Positions 40,401 through 52,998 of a DNA stretch of 64,000 nucleotides are shown here, piece by piece; the first letter of the stretch is position 1; every line of letters starts with the position of its first letter. The stretch spans positions 1-64,000 of the forward strand of contig JALJEE010003038.1 in the NCBI GenBank assembly GCA_023231475.1, written 5' to 3'. The position numbers and the translations under genes are program-made. Below the pieces are notes generated by a model. It was given only the letters and a program-made list of their open reading frames with translations. It was not told the DNA's origin and searched no databases. This DNA is from Seison nebaliae (Eukaryota).

Positions 40401-40596
40401 GACAATTAATCCAATTCTTTATCCTTATTTACATGTTCGATTTCGAAAGGCTTTTTATAAGATTCTTGGCATCTTTCGTATCAAGAAAGCAATTAAAAAG
40501 TATGAAGTCATTAAATCGATAGAGCAGCAAAAACAAATTAATAAGAAACAATATAGTCTTGTCTCGATTAACCTGATGGAGAATCCGGCAAATTGA
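34484..40596 (+). CDS. Aminergic class A GPCR, histamine H3/H4-like, ~2018 aa with giant ICL3; one intron (35346-35401)
   Basis: GNILVVLAF, LNLSIADLLVGLVCIPLYAPY, WLTTDY (D3.32), SMDR, VEFFVPF (E5.46), RKDKRAARSL, CWAPYT and WLLWFNSTINPILYP. N-terminal signal-like segment. Confidence 0.92.
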
Positions 40597-40669
40597 ATAT
40601 ATCAAAACTTCTACGTTGGTTTGCGAAGTTTATTCGTCTCGATGAGAGCGACTGCGAAGAAAAAATTTT

Positions 40670-41535
40670 ATTCAAATTTTATCTATTGAAATAAAACCGT
40701 CTAAAATCTTATTACACTGACATTCGAGTAACGCGACTGTTTCGTCCGTATAAAAAAGAGTTAAAGCAATTGAAATAAAGAATAAACAAAACTTTCCCCA
40801 ATCTTCTTACATGTGCATTTTGCGAAAGTTTCTGAATAATAATTAATTTTATTTAAAACAAAAGTTTCAAATAACTATGAATATTCTCATCGTCCACCAA
40901 ATGATACCACGGATTAACCAGCAGATTCCTTTTTGCTTGTTTAATAATTGCATGTTTCGTATGTGATTCAACTAAATATCCAGGGGTCGCTACTAATTTT
41001 TTGTCCGAACTCTTCTTTGCCATTATACGGATTGCTGAAGTGCCATTCGGTACATGAAACATCGAACGGTATTGACTAAGGTATCCGTCCTCCCCAAGAA
41101 ATTTAAATAAATTTCGATTTTTTACACTTTTTTTGTGATCGTGCTGATAGATATCGATGTAGAAATTCATAGTACAAGTTGACGGATGAATTTTAGCGAC
41201 CCCGCAACTAGGACAAGTGTACACGCTAACACGATGAGCTTTTGCACACATATCACAAGAAATGTTTGTCATATCCATTGTACAAGCACATGTAGGACAT
41301 ACTTGATGCAGTATCTGATCTAAAGTTTCGTCAACTGTCTCAAAACGATCAACAGGCATTGTAAGAGAAAAAGAAAAACTGAACAAACAAAAAAAATTGG
41401 AAATCCATCCTGTTTCTTTACTTTTTTCTTTATGTCTATGACAACATCCGAATAACCAGAAGTTCTTTCTAATTTTATCATTACTTTTCTAAATTTAATT
41501 TTATTAGAAATCATCAGGAGAATTAATTTCCTCAC
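40670..41535 (-). CDS. Orphan Cys-rich protein with CxxC pairs (boundaries uncertain)
   Basis: ORF 40853-41386 contains CPTC..CDMC..CPSC. Flanking GTT-AG introns can join it to ORF 41320-41535 and to a downstream exon. Confidence 0.45.
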
Positions 41536-41640
41536 GCATTCAATTTCGTTTAAACAAATACAATATACAAATAATTATAGTTTTTTAATATCTTAACGTT
41601 TCTTTGATGTTAATTTAGACATAACAGAAAGTTATCTAAA

Positions 41641-43871
41641 ATGAATATACTCATTGATTATTCCACATGTCATTCAATCCATAATTTATTGCACGTTAAG
41701 TGTACGAAAAGAACTATTTTACAATTTATGATCTGGTTCATTCTATCCATAGCGAGTTAATATTACTCATTCTCATTTGACCATTAATCATTGTTAAAGG
41801 TTTCGGAGTGATGTTCTACCTCTTGTATTATTCGATTATCGTGTATCTTCGTAACGAACGAATAGTAGTTAAACTGGAAAATACATATGCCGAACTGACA
41901 TTCCCGCCATTTACCATTTGTCAACCTGTATCTTATAGAGAACGAAATAGGAATTTGGAATTAAACTCTAATTTAATTTCAGGATTAAAAATGTGGTTAC
42001 GAATATCTAATAAGAGAATCAGTTGGAATAAGTTTAACGATCAGGTATTTTTACGAACGATTCGTCCTATCTTCTCTCTGATGTTCAAGAACTACCTCGA
42101 TTATTTGTCGACGTTTAATTCAACAGGACAAATTGAGGAATGTGAAGAAGCTCTTTATGAACTTTCACAAATAATGGGAACTAAATTGTTTAACCAGTTA
42201 AATAGTGACATGGAAACATTCGTGAAATATCTTTATATTATGTGGAAATCCGCCGACATCGATTCCCAATTGATCAATGAAAGTTTCATAATGGTAACAC
42301 TTCGAAATTTAAGAGATGAAATATCTCAAATAACTTCATCTGTTTGCTTAAAACAGATAGATAAGATGCAGAAAGGAATGTTGTTTCAATCCAGTTTTCT
42401 ATCATCAATGTTCGTTATCATTTCGGAAGCATATCATAATATATCATATTCTCCATCATCTATTTATGATCAAATTGAAAAAATATATAAGAAATCGGAT
42501 AACGATTACGAAGCAGCTACGGAACAAGTATTATTATTTACCTACCGATATTTATTGCATTATTATGGATATCAAATTAACATTAATCCATTCTCAATCA
42601 AAACAATCGAAACAAAATCTTCATATTCTCTGAGTTTTCTTGGAAGTGTATTGCGTGTATCGTGGGGTTTGCTGGTTTGGAATATTTCAGAAGTCCCCAA
42701 TGGTTCTTTATTTTTCATAAATCAATTATTCCTTCAATTTACTAAAGATTACAGTTCGATAAATACGTTCGAAATCATAAACTTTCAAATTCGACACATT
42801 AAATTTCATCATGTGATGGTTCTGATTTACTGGATTTCTTTTAATTCTTTCTTAGTCACCACCATTTCGATATTCTGGATTGGTTTGTAGCACTGTGAAC
42901 TACACAGGATTGGATACGAAACATTCTGATATTCGTCATGGTTTAACTATCACACTTGATACAAATGTACGAAAGTCCAAATTTACTCCAAATACAAAAC
43001 GAGTTAGAGATAACAGAAAAAATATTGATTAAATATTTGTTAATAGAACATATTTCTTTATTTTCACTCTTTCACGGATAACCTGAACCAAAATAAACAT
43101 TTTGTATCCCTGTCACCCGGATATCATACTAAAATTAAATTAACGGTAAGAAAGGTTAGAATCAATCAACAAAATGTTTACACTTTATTATATTCGAATC
43201 TATTTTAAGACTGATTATGGAAAACGTACAACAACTCCCAATCGAACACTGAGATATATTCCATACAAATCAAGCACTACTGTAATTTGGGAAGCATTTG
43301 ATCACTATCAGAAAATTCATCATAATTGTAGCACGATAACTGACATAAATTCAACAACAAATTGTGAGAACGATAAACATTTAAAGATTCGGTTATCCCC
43401 AAAATGTTACCTTAATTTCAACTTCTATAATTAACGAACATTTTCCAGGGATAAACGATGTATATTCAACATTAAATGTTTCTACAGCAATTAGATACCA
43501 CTTCTTCTCAACAGTGAAGATTATGAGCCTAAGAACAAGTGATGTCCGAAAAGTTCGATTTTGAATTGGTAAATTATGTTTTTTTATTTTATAGGTTAAA
43601 ATATGTCACCCTGGGATACTTAAGAAGTTAGAAAGTTTCCTAACGAAGACACTTGTGAGAAATCTTTTCAAATAAATTTTCCAGAGATCTCGTTCAATTT
43701 TCTATAAATTTTGCTTCCAATACGGTGATTACGAATATAGCTACTAAGCGGACGACTTTAAACCAATTTTTGTCAAATTTTGGAGGGGCGATCGGAATTA
43801 CAAATGGCATGTCGTTCATATCATTTTTTGAATTAGTTGAATTTCTTTTCAAGTATCTATATCTAAAATAA
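41641..43871 (+). CDS. DEG/ENaC/ASIC family ion channel subunit, about 8 exons
   Basis: Pre-TM1 STCHSI, TM1, LTFPPFTICQ, GLTITLD and PGYHT, then TM2 FLSNFGGAIGITNGMSFISFFELVEF. Confidence 0.88.
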
Positions 43872-44334
43872 CTTTAATAATATCGTAACAAGTATTGTTT
43901 ATTATCGTAACAGAATATTTAAATTATCTAAAATTATTTATAAAATTATAAAAAAAATTAATTATAAAGTTGAGTAAACTGAACATGATAGCGCTGAATT
44001 TAAGTGTAATCGACTTCAAATGATGTGTTGGTTTGAGCAAAAGTATAAATGAAACTTATTCATTTTTCGATGCTCAGCAAATAAATTTGGATTTAATATC
44101 GAAGATTTTCATATCGAGGTTCGTCTACCAAATACTCTAGAGTCTAAGGTCTAGACTCTTTCATCGACGTCACTATACGTACTTTTCGATTTATCTAATT
44201 TCAATTCAATCTATTCGATTTCAATTATTCTCACTAGTCTAGACAAAGGTTTAAGCAGATTTTGGAAATTAATGTGGAGAGAATTTTAAATTTGAACGGT
44301 TCTAATTCCCTTCCGCCCAAAAATGTTTGGAATC

Positions 44335-44850
44335 GTTTTATTTTATTTTTTTTTATTATTCATGTCGAATCCCCGCAGGGTAAATTAAAATGAGAAAAAG
44401 ATAACTCCTTAAAGGAGTTATTTAAAATAAGATTCCTACTCGGCATAATAGAATCCTTAAGTACATCCGGAACATAAGAAGAAATATCGAAAGTCGAGGT
44501 CACCGATAATCAAGTGAAAGCGGATAATTTATCGCGTAATAACGACAGAAAAACTGAAGGGAGGACGAGAAGCACTCGTATTGTGTATAAGATGGAACTG
44601 GAAGAATCAGTTACTTTCAGATACTTCTGTGCCAGGAGTAGCGACAGAGGAGTCAATTCGTAGATCGTGAATATAAATGCTCTATGACAACCGAGCAGCA
44701 TCTGAGCTGTTCTATTATATGTACGATCAAGGCATCATAATGACTTTTCTGTATTTAAGATGGAGACTGGCAACCCATAAAAATCACAACAGTAGCACAC
44801 GAACAAAATTTTTGCATTTAGATCATTCAAAAAGCTGAGACATAATTCTA
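44335..44850 (-). mobile_element. 5'-truncated LINE 3' end (copy B, same family as 3322-3910)
   Basis: Shares ttactttcagatac.tctgtgcca and cccataaaaatcacaacagta.cacacgaacaa with copy A. Degenerate hairpin at 44371-44380 and an A-rich tail on the minus strand. Confidence 0.8.
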
Positions 44851-45559
44851 TGAAAATCAATTGAAGAGAAGACATATTTTTGGAAAATCACAAGACAATT
44901 GGTTACAGAGCAATAGAAAATTCCTTTATTTTGCATTTTGTAGTTTCAATCCGTAGTAGTGCAGCAGAACGCAGCATTTACATAAATATATGTAACATCT
45001 TTGTATTATTTCAAATAAAATTAACTTTGTATATATTTAGAAAGGGTTACAAGATAATCTAACTAAAGATCTAAATATTAAGTTCTCTACAAAATATGTC
45101 GCTTTTAGACAATTTAAAATTTTTATTATTTTCAAAGATTTCCTGACAATTTCACAGGAAATATGAAAAAGTGCAATTTTAAGACACTATAATAGATTCA
45201 TTTGGAATCAGCAAAGACATGTCCGGTACAGAATTGAAAGCTCTACAAAATGAGCCCTAATTGAGTCATCAACTCCGCATCAATGACAATATAACAATTG
45301 CGAAAAATAATTTTGTAGAAAGCAGCATCGAATTGAATGAAACGGGAAATCAACACCACTTTATTTCAAAAACAGGAAAAAAATCTGAGAAAGTTTTCCT
45401 TTCTTTTTTGAATTCGACGATAGATGGTTTGCAATAATAATTTTTGTTCATTATCCAATAATTTTCTGAGAAAAGTTGTTTCATATTATGCAAAAATTAG
45501 ATACGATGGAGAAGAAACTGATAAAGAAAATTGGTGGCATGGAAGATTTAATAGAAAAA

Positions 45560-46010
45560 TAATATAGAAAAGTGGGAGAATACAACTTGAAAGAGAAATA
45601 TATTTGTAGCAAAGATTTCTCATTCGAGATTCACTATTAAGAAAATTAAGCTATTTATAAATCTTAAAACTCGAAGATGTTGCATGATGATACGAAATCC
45701 TGAAGAATAAATGTTCGGTCGAATCAGAATCTATTTATAATTATTTTTATCATACATACATTGGTCAAAGTAATTGTGGATTTTTCCCTCCATCACTATG
45801 GAATAATCATTCATGGACAATCTCCCTAGAACGAATAATCTAATGGAGAGTAAAAATAAGGGGCTGAGGTTTTTGATGAAATATGAGAATCCGTCCTTAT
45901 CAACATTTGAAAATCAATTGAACAAAGTTTTTGATTACGAACAATTGCAGCATATTTCGTTCAAGAACAATCAAAGGAAGAGAATAAAAGAAATTGAACT
46001 GGAAAAAGTT
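45560..46010 (+). mobile_element. Mutator-like (MULE) transposase C-terminal remnant
   Basis: YFYHTYIG..FFPPSLWN followed by PRTNNLMESKN..NPSLSTF, the MULE TNN..E motif. Frameshifted. Confidence 0.8.
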
Positions 46011-46134
46011 TTCGTTTGTTTTAGTTTTCGACCGTATTCGAGAGTGGGAAAGATAATTGAATAAAAGGGAAAAACTGTAAACAATACCAACATTTATTTT
46101 GAATTTTTGTTTCATTCATAATTTTTCTTTTTTT

Positions 46135-47500
46135 ATGCAGTGTTTATTGTTCCTTATTTATTCTTTTACTATTCACTATGTTAGCAGCGTGTTAGAGGAC
46201 AATCCATTAACTTCGGGAGTAAACCCTGAGTTTTACAGACAAGCTGAAGAAATTCAGAAAGAAGAACATGATAAAGATGAGTATGGGAGGATGGTAACTT
46301 CTCTGGAACTATTGGGCATAGACACTGATTGTCGACATTTAATTCATGCTGATGAACGAACTTTACCATTGCCAATTTATAATGAGGCAACACGCCGTAC
46401 TGTACTAGTTTCCATTCACTTCCTTTATATGGAATTCATTTTCGATAGGAGTCGATTGGAGAAGGAGGACAAGGTCACGCATTCGCACTAGAAGATGAGG
46501 AAGGTAATCGTATTGTTAAAAAAAGTTTGATTAGCATATAAAATTGCGTACAAAACTCTTTAAAAGTTACCACTAAAGCTCAATACGTGTTGATTGAATA
46601 TAATGCCTTGGAGGGTCTTGCTCGTCATCCGATAGGTCATTGGCATGAATTCGCTCCGATAGATGTAGGACAAGGGAGAATCAAAAGAGGTCCTGAACCT
46701 TCACATATTTTCCGTGGTTAGTATCATTTGGTGAATTAAACTTAATTATTGTTTTATAATCAGCGATAAAGATGAGAGCATATTCGCATGAGGGGAAATT
46801 TTGCATAGGTACAACTTATGTTCCCGGTACAAACTTGAGGTATTTCAATGGGATATTTAATTTAAATCCTGTTATATCACTGAAACGCAAAATCGCTTTC
46901 TTTATTATGGCAGCTCGACAAATTCAAGCAGTTCATTTCACTTTAAACGGACATGAGGTTTTCGATTACCAATTGTTTCGAAAGGGTGCCTACGCTAACC
47001 ACCATGGAGACCTTCATTCTCGCAATATAATCGTTCAACGTAAACAGTTTCCGAAAAAAAGGTATATTACTCCAATTCTAATCGATTATGGTCTTAGCAT
47101 TTCCAATATGTATCAAAAAGAACTGGATTATAAAATAGGTTATTTCAATTACATACAACGAGAGGAAGCAGGAATTGAAGAATTGAACCATATTCATGTA
47201 GGAAGAATACTTAATATAGGTCAGAGAATGGACGCATGTGCCATTGCTTTATTGCTCATACTGTTGCTGATAGATCGTCTAAATTTGTACCGTCCTAGAC
47301 TAAGTGATATATGTAGGCCTTTTGGAAACCAACTATATGATAGTATCAAAAGAAATATCGTCATGCCATATCGTGTAATTCCTTCTTCCCAAAAGCCAGA
47401 ACTCAGACTATTTTTACCGTTGTTGAACTATCTATATTTTATGACAACACCATATGCAAATTATAAGATTTGGAACAAATTTACCAGTTTTCAGTTTTAA
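46135..47500 (+). CDS. Signal-peptide-bearing divergent protein kinase, 4 exons
   Basis: CLLFLIYSFTIHYVSS hydrophobic leader; spliced IGEGGQGHAF (Gly loop), IVKK, LIEY (alphaC), HGDLHSRNII (catalytic loop) and LIDYGLS. The start may lie in a further upstream exon. Confidence 0.8.
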
Positions 47501-47941
47501 AATCATTTTTATCTTCAACTTTGGTATAACATTTCAAACTTTTCACTCAGTGATACACTCAGTATTGAAATAACTATTGTGTTTTCATGTTCGCTTGGAT
47601 TTGTTTTTAATTTACATGTTTCGATTATAAGATATGAAAACGAACGAAAAGAAAAATATACATACTTTTCAAAAGAATCCAAGGTAGTTCTGTTATGATT
47701 ATTTGCTAATTCAAATAAAATGTTATAAGATCTTTTTACTTACATGAATTTTTCTTTAATTCCTTTGGAAATTTTTCATGTGATTTGCTTACAAGGGAAG
47801 TATCTAATATGCAGGAATCGAAATTCAAAAGAAAAGTTAAAAAAGATGTTAAAAATAATACTGATCAGGAAAGCAGTCTTATTTTTCTCACAATAGTTCA
47901 ATTAGTGCCTATATTGTAGTCTTCATCAAACGGATAATTTA

Positions 47942-48480
47942 TTATCCCACAATGTCCTTTTTACTGATTTTGTTTAGACAATATTGTTGACATCCCGCAT
48001 ATTCATAATAAAGATGGTAGAGAAATCTGAGGAAAGAATACCGAGTTGTAGCCGTAAACATATCAACAAACAAATGGTGGAGGGAAATGTTCTGTTTTAA
48101 AACACATGATATAAATATGTGAAGAAGGAAAAGAAGATGAGATGTTCCTGGACAAGATGGTCCATAAGCAGTTTGATATGATGAATATAAAAAAATGCGA
48201 TAACGGAATAAAATAAGATTGTAAACCAATTTAATTACGAATGGAGAGTTATATATCGGACGATAGGAATTTAACGAAGAGGATTCTAAATTCGGCATCT
48301 TATGGATAGCAATTACTTTGAACCAGGAAGCAGTGGAGGAAAATTGGTCTTCCAACAAGCATGTGCTCCCAAACCATCGAGTATAGTAATTGATTCGTAA
48401 ACTTCTTGAGTAGAAAAGGAAGTGAAACAGAAATTATGAAAAATAGAAAGATTGAACGGAATAAGAAGATTTTTGAGAAG
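47942..48480 (-). mobile_element. Degenerate LINE reverse transcriptase fragment
   Basis: KVIAIHK..NSYRPIYNSPFVIKL..YQTAY..LFVDM (RT N-terminal motifs); frameshifted. Confidence 0.75.
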
Positions 48481-49441
48481 TAAGTCAAATATTACGGAGC
48501 ATTATGCGCGTATACCAGTAGGGGTCTAATGGGAACTACCCTATGGTGACAACATGGTCCGAATTCTCCGTACAATGATTTGAGTATAGCCCAAAATATT
48601 AGAAGTACAACACCAACAACCACTATACTTACCAGACACGGTCCACCGTCTTGACATACCCAATCTATAAATAGAAGATATGAATACATAAGAATGAATA
48701 CGTATTAGAATATTTCATATGATCCAACTTACAAGACCAGCAAACAATGGATGATTTTTGTCTGTTAATCAAAAGACAATATTCTTAATAAATTAATTCG
48801 AAAAAGAACTGCGATATTTATGTTTCGTGGAACGTTTACGGTTGTTAGAACAAGAATTATTCTTATTATATGGCATAGTTTTAAGAAAAACATTTCCTGA
48901 ATTATGATTATCATTTTCCTTCAAGTTTACTTCAATTATTTGAAAGTTGTTCATCCATTCTTCACTTTCATAATTGTTCCATTTGAACTTAGCGAAAATC
49001 TGATCCTTTGAAGAATTTAAACGATAAATTATGCCCTTAATCATTACTGTTTCTCTTGGCTAAAGTGTGAGAAGAATTACAGATTCCAAAACAGAACAAC
49101 TAAATTTAACCAGTACCTGTGTAGATTTCGGTTCAAAGTGAGCACGAGTTGTATTAGAAAAAAATTCGATTTGTAGAAAATTCGTAAACGAATAATTTTT
49201 AATTGAAATGGATGATTCGTACATGTGAAAATTATTTTCAACGAAACAAACCGGAATTGATTTTTTCATTCTAACATTTCATTTAGAAAATTTTTATCGG
49301 ATTTTAATGAGTTTCTTGATGGATCAATTTCATGGGAATTTATTCATATTGAGAAAAAAATAAAATATTTGAAAAATTAATTTTATTAATTTTATGATTA
49401 TTAATATATTATGTAATTACAAATACGAAAATTATGATTAT

Positions 49442-51423
49442 TTAAAGTTTGGATTTTGGAAAAAACTTTTGTTTGTAGATTGTCCAATCAATAAACTCTT
49501 GAAACTTTCTTTTTAATTCTAATTCTGTTGGTAGTGGTGTCATCTGATTAATATTATAAATATTATAAAACGATGGACAAACGATAAATATGAACTTCAA
49601 TTCGCATTCGTCTTATTAATTTCTCTGACAGATGTTCAGTGAAGAATTTCCGGTTGATGAGAATGCATTCGGTTCCATCTGAAATTAAAGTTGTTGGCAT
49701 CGAACCTTGAGTTGAGCCAAAAACGATATCATGTAAACCCTGAAAATATAAATTTATTCAAATTTCTGAGCAAAATAATTTCCAACGAAAACATTTCCTT
49801 CACTCAGAGTTTGAATATGGACATAAATTCTTTCCGGTTTCTTTTCATCCTTAACATGTCGTTCTTGAGGTTTTTGAATTTCTTTCTTAATTGGAGGAAG
49901 TTTAGTGGGTAACTTTGATTGCCGACCAAATTTTCGAGACTTTGTCGTCGCTTGTTTTTTCAAAAGTTTAACGGAAGCTTTCGTTTTATTAATTTTTGGT
50001 GCATCCAACAATTTCAATATTCGACAATGTCCACTTTTGACTATATATAACCATTCACTATTCGTACTGTTCTTACACATAACCGTTCCTTTCCTATCGG
50101 TATAAATGAAGATAATTCAATTAGAAGATCGATTAACTTGAAATATGTAAATAGACAAATATTTGGTTTATCATATGGTAACTCTGCGATTGGCCAATGC
50201 TTAATATATTCGACTTTATGTAAGAAACGAATATGTGATGGAACAGATCCTTTTTCGTAATGCATAAAAATATCGACAAATGCCGAACGATCCAAAGTTA
50301 ACAACGTGACTGAAGTACAACAACTAACAGTTGCGTTACGTTTAGCCCCACTCATCAAAGCCAATTCCTTTTATGAGAAGAATGAGGAAAATGAAAGAAA
50401 ATAAAATTGATAAACTCCAAATGTATCTCCTTTCTTGAGAAATGCGACATCTTTAGTTTCAGTTGTTCCATTTTCTTCGTTTGTCTTCGTTATAGTGACA
50501 ACAGTTTTCCCAGATAGTATCAGATAAAAATTATCAGCATAATGACCTTGACGTAGTATTACCCGGTTCGCTCCAAATTCGTCATAATATGATCGTTTTG
50601 CTAATTCTTGTTGCATATTGATGGGAAATTCGGCAAATTGTTGAACCGATTGAGTTAGATCTAATACAATATTGTTGATCTGTTCCCCAGTTCTCCTCGT
50701 TGGTGGTAAAGTTAAAGCATATTTTACTTCTTTCGACAATTGACGCTTGAAAAAAGATAAATTTAATAAAAAAGAAAAAAAGTAAAAACGAAGAACTTCT
50801 TTAGGTCTTCGGAAGTAGGAGAGGTCAAATATTCCTATTGAACTGTTTGTATCCATGCCTTGTAATTGAGATATTTCCTCTTCAATCTCATTACCTTCAA
50901 CTGTTACTCGACGACGATTTTGCTTCACATAGGAAATTGCACGTAAACAAATGATAATTAGTTTGACCCATCGTCGAAAATACTTCAACGCCTTTTTGAA
51001 GGAAAGAATAATTGACATTAAAATTCATCCATGAAAGCATTGTAGTTAGTTTAGTTTTGAAAAGAATGGTTAAAATAATAAATCGGAAATAAAAAAGGAA
51101 ATGCTGACGGATATTTTACGGAAGGTCTTCAAATGAGAAAGTTTCAGACATAGTCGCCATGTCTTATTCGACCGATTATACAATATTGCTTTCCTAAACA
51201 ACTCATAACTCCTACGAATTTTTTTTGGATGTTCTGGAAAATAGGTATCGTTAGGCTTCGCTAATAATGGTAAATTTTCGTGGTGGTGATAGTTGCGAGA
51301 ATCGACACTATGAATAAATTTAGCATGAGTCTGTATCAACAGTTGAGAGTTCTTGGTTGATGTAGAGTTGATTGGTGGTAATTTGATGAAAGGACGATGA
51401 TGATGAGAATTTTCAGTTTTCAT
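49442..51423 (-). CDS. Cyclic nucleotide-binding domain protein (CNBD2-like), about 7 exons
   Basis: VILRQGHYADNFYLILSG..KGDTFG|ELALMSGAKRNATV, a second partial CNB (EWLYIVKSGHC) and C-terminal PLPTELEL..DWTIYK. Confidence 0.85.
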
Positions 51424-51939
51424 GGCGAAGAAAGTTGAAAAAAATTTTCCCGCCTTCACAATTAGTCATCGAAGGAAAGCTGATAGTTGAGGGGGAGAAA
51501 GTAAAGTAGAAAGAACAAATAAGTGATGACTTAGCAATTGGTCCGACTGAAGGAAGAATGGTGAGGAAAGTTTTATTAAAGAATTATTAAAATTTCACTT
51601 GTTTTTTTATTAAGTTTCTTTCTAATATCAATCTGCTATTACTTCAACACATGAGAGTCTTATTGTTATCGTCATTCGAATAATTGTTGGTCTTCTTCAA
51701 ATAATTATTTATGCCTCGAATGTAAATGGGAGAAAGACAGGAAGCACGAAAAAGAATAAATTTGTGTAGGAATTGTAGTAAAGAAAGTTCGTCTAGGATA
51801 ATTGTTAGTATTAGGCAAGATTATAAAACGACAAGTAAGCAAGCAGTTAAGGAATAAGGCAAGTGAAGAAGTGAAAGAAGATTGAGAGAGACATTATGAT
51901 GAAAATAAAATGATTTCGACATTTTGCTTTCGTCTCACA

Positions 51940-52590
51940 GAGACTACGAATAAATTAAGCCATGGAAAGAAAGTTCAGTGAACTAAATGAATGAATAAAA
52001 GTGGAAATTGAATCTAACGCTATCATAAATGATTGTTATAGGTGGACATTGAAAAATCTTTATAGTTCTCTTGCAGAAAATCGTTGAAACACTTCCTGTT
52101 ATTTTATGACTTTCTTCACTCGAACAATTCGAATGTGGGAACTTTTTCTGTCGATTAAACTTCTTTCCAGAAGATGATGAATTATACCATTCATCATCAA
52201 ATGTTGTCAAAGCAGTTTTCACTCGATGGAAATATTTCATTTTTCCCGTTGACTCTATATGACTTTTACGTCTTTCCTGATTTTTTGGCGAGATGAAAAT
52301 CGTCGGTACTGTCGTAGCAGTCGTAGTTCCCGTTCGTTGCATTCTTGACGAAAAAGTTGAGTATTTAGTGATATGGGAATTAGACGATGATGGAAGAATA
52401 ATTTGATTTCGATAAAATGGTAAAGTACGACGTTCGAATTGTAAAAGCTTCTTATGAAGTCTTTCAGTTTCTGTCATGTAAACACCATCATCATCATCAT
52501 CATGTTGATTACGTATTAATCGAGTTAATCGACTAGTTGTTTCAATCATCATCTCTTCTCCCTCACATCTGCTTGCCGTTCTTGAGAGTA
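51940..52590 (-). CDS. Uncharacterised low-complexity protein exon(s)
   Basis: 189-aa ORF with a plausible acceptor upstream and a GTT donor near its end; no recognisable domain. Confidence 0.35.
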
Positions 52591-52998
52591 CTAGTAAATT
52601 ATATGAAAATTATGTAATGAGGAGAAAGTAGTTTAAATTATACAGTTTATGTCGTTTTAAGTAATTCCGTTTTAACGTAAGAAGTGAAAACGAACTCAAC
52701 TCATTCCAATTTCTCAATATTGAATACTCATTCAATGAATTCAAGGGATTGGATGTGAGCACTTCAAAACCTTCAAAGTAATGAATCAACAAAAGCTTCC
52801 CTTCTCACCACTCATAGACGAGCGAACGAATTGATATGTTAAACCAAAGAAACAAGTTGCCGTTATAATCAAGAAACAAAATCAAAATCTCCGTCGGCAA
52901 TGAATGGAAGTTGTTAAAAGAAATCTCTCAAAACGGAAAGAATGAATTCGTTTGAATGACATCGGATATGATTCCTTTAGTGACAAGTATAAAAACTT

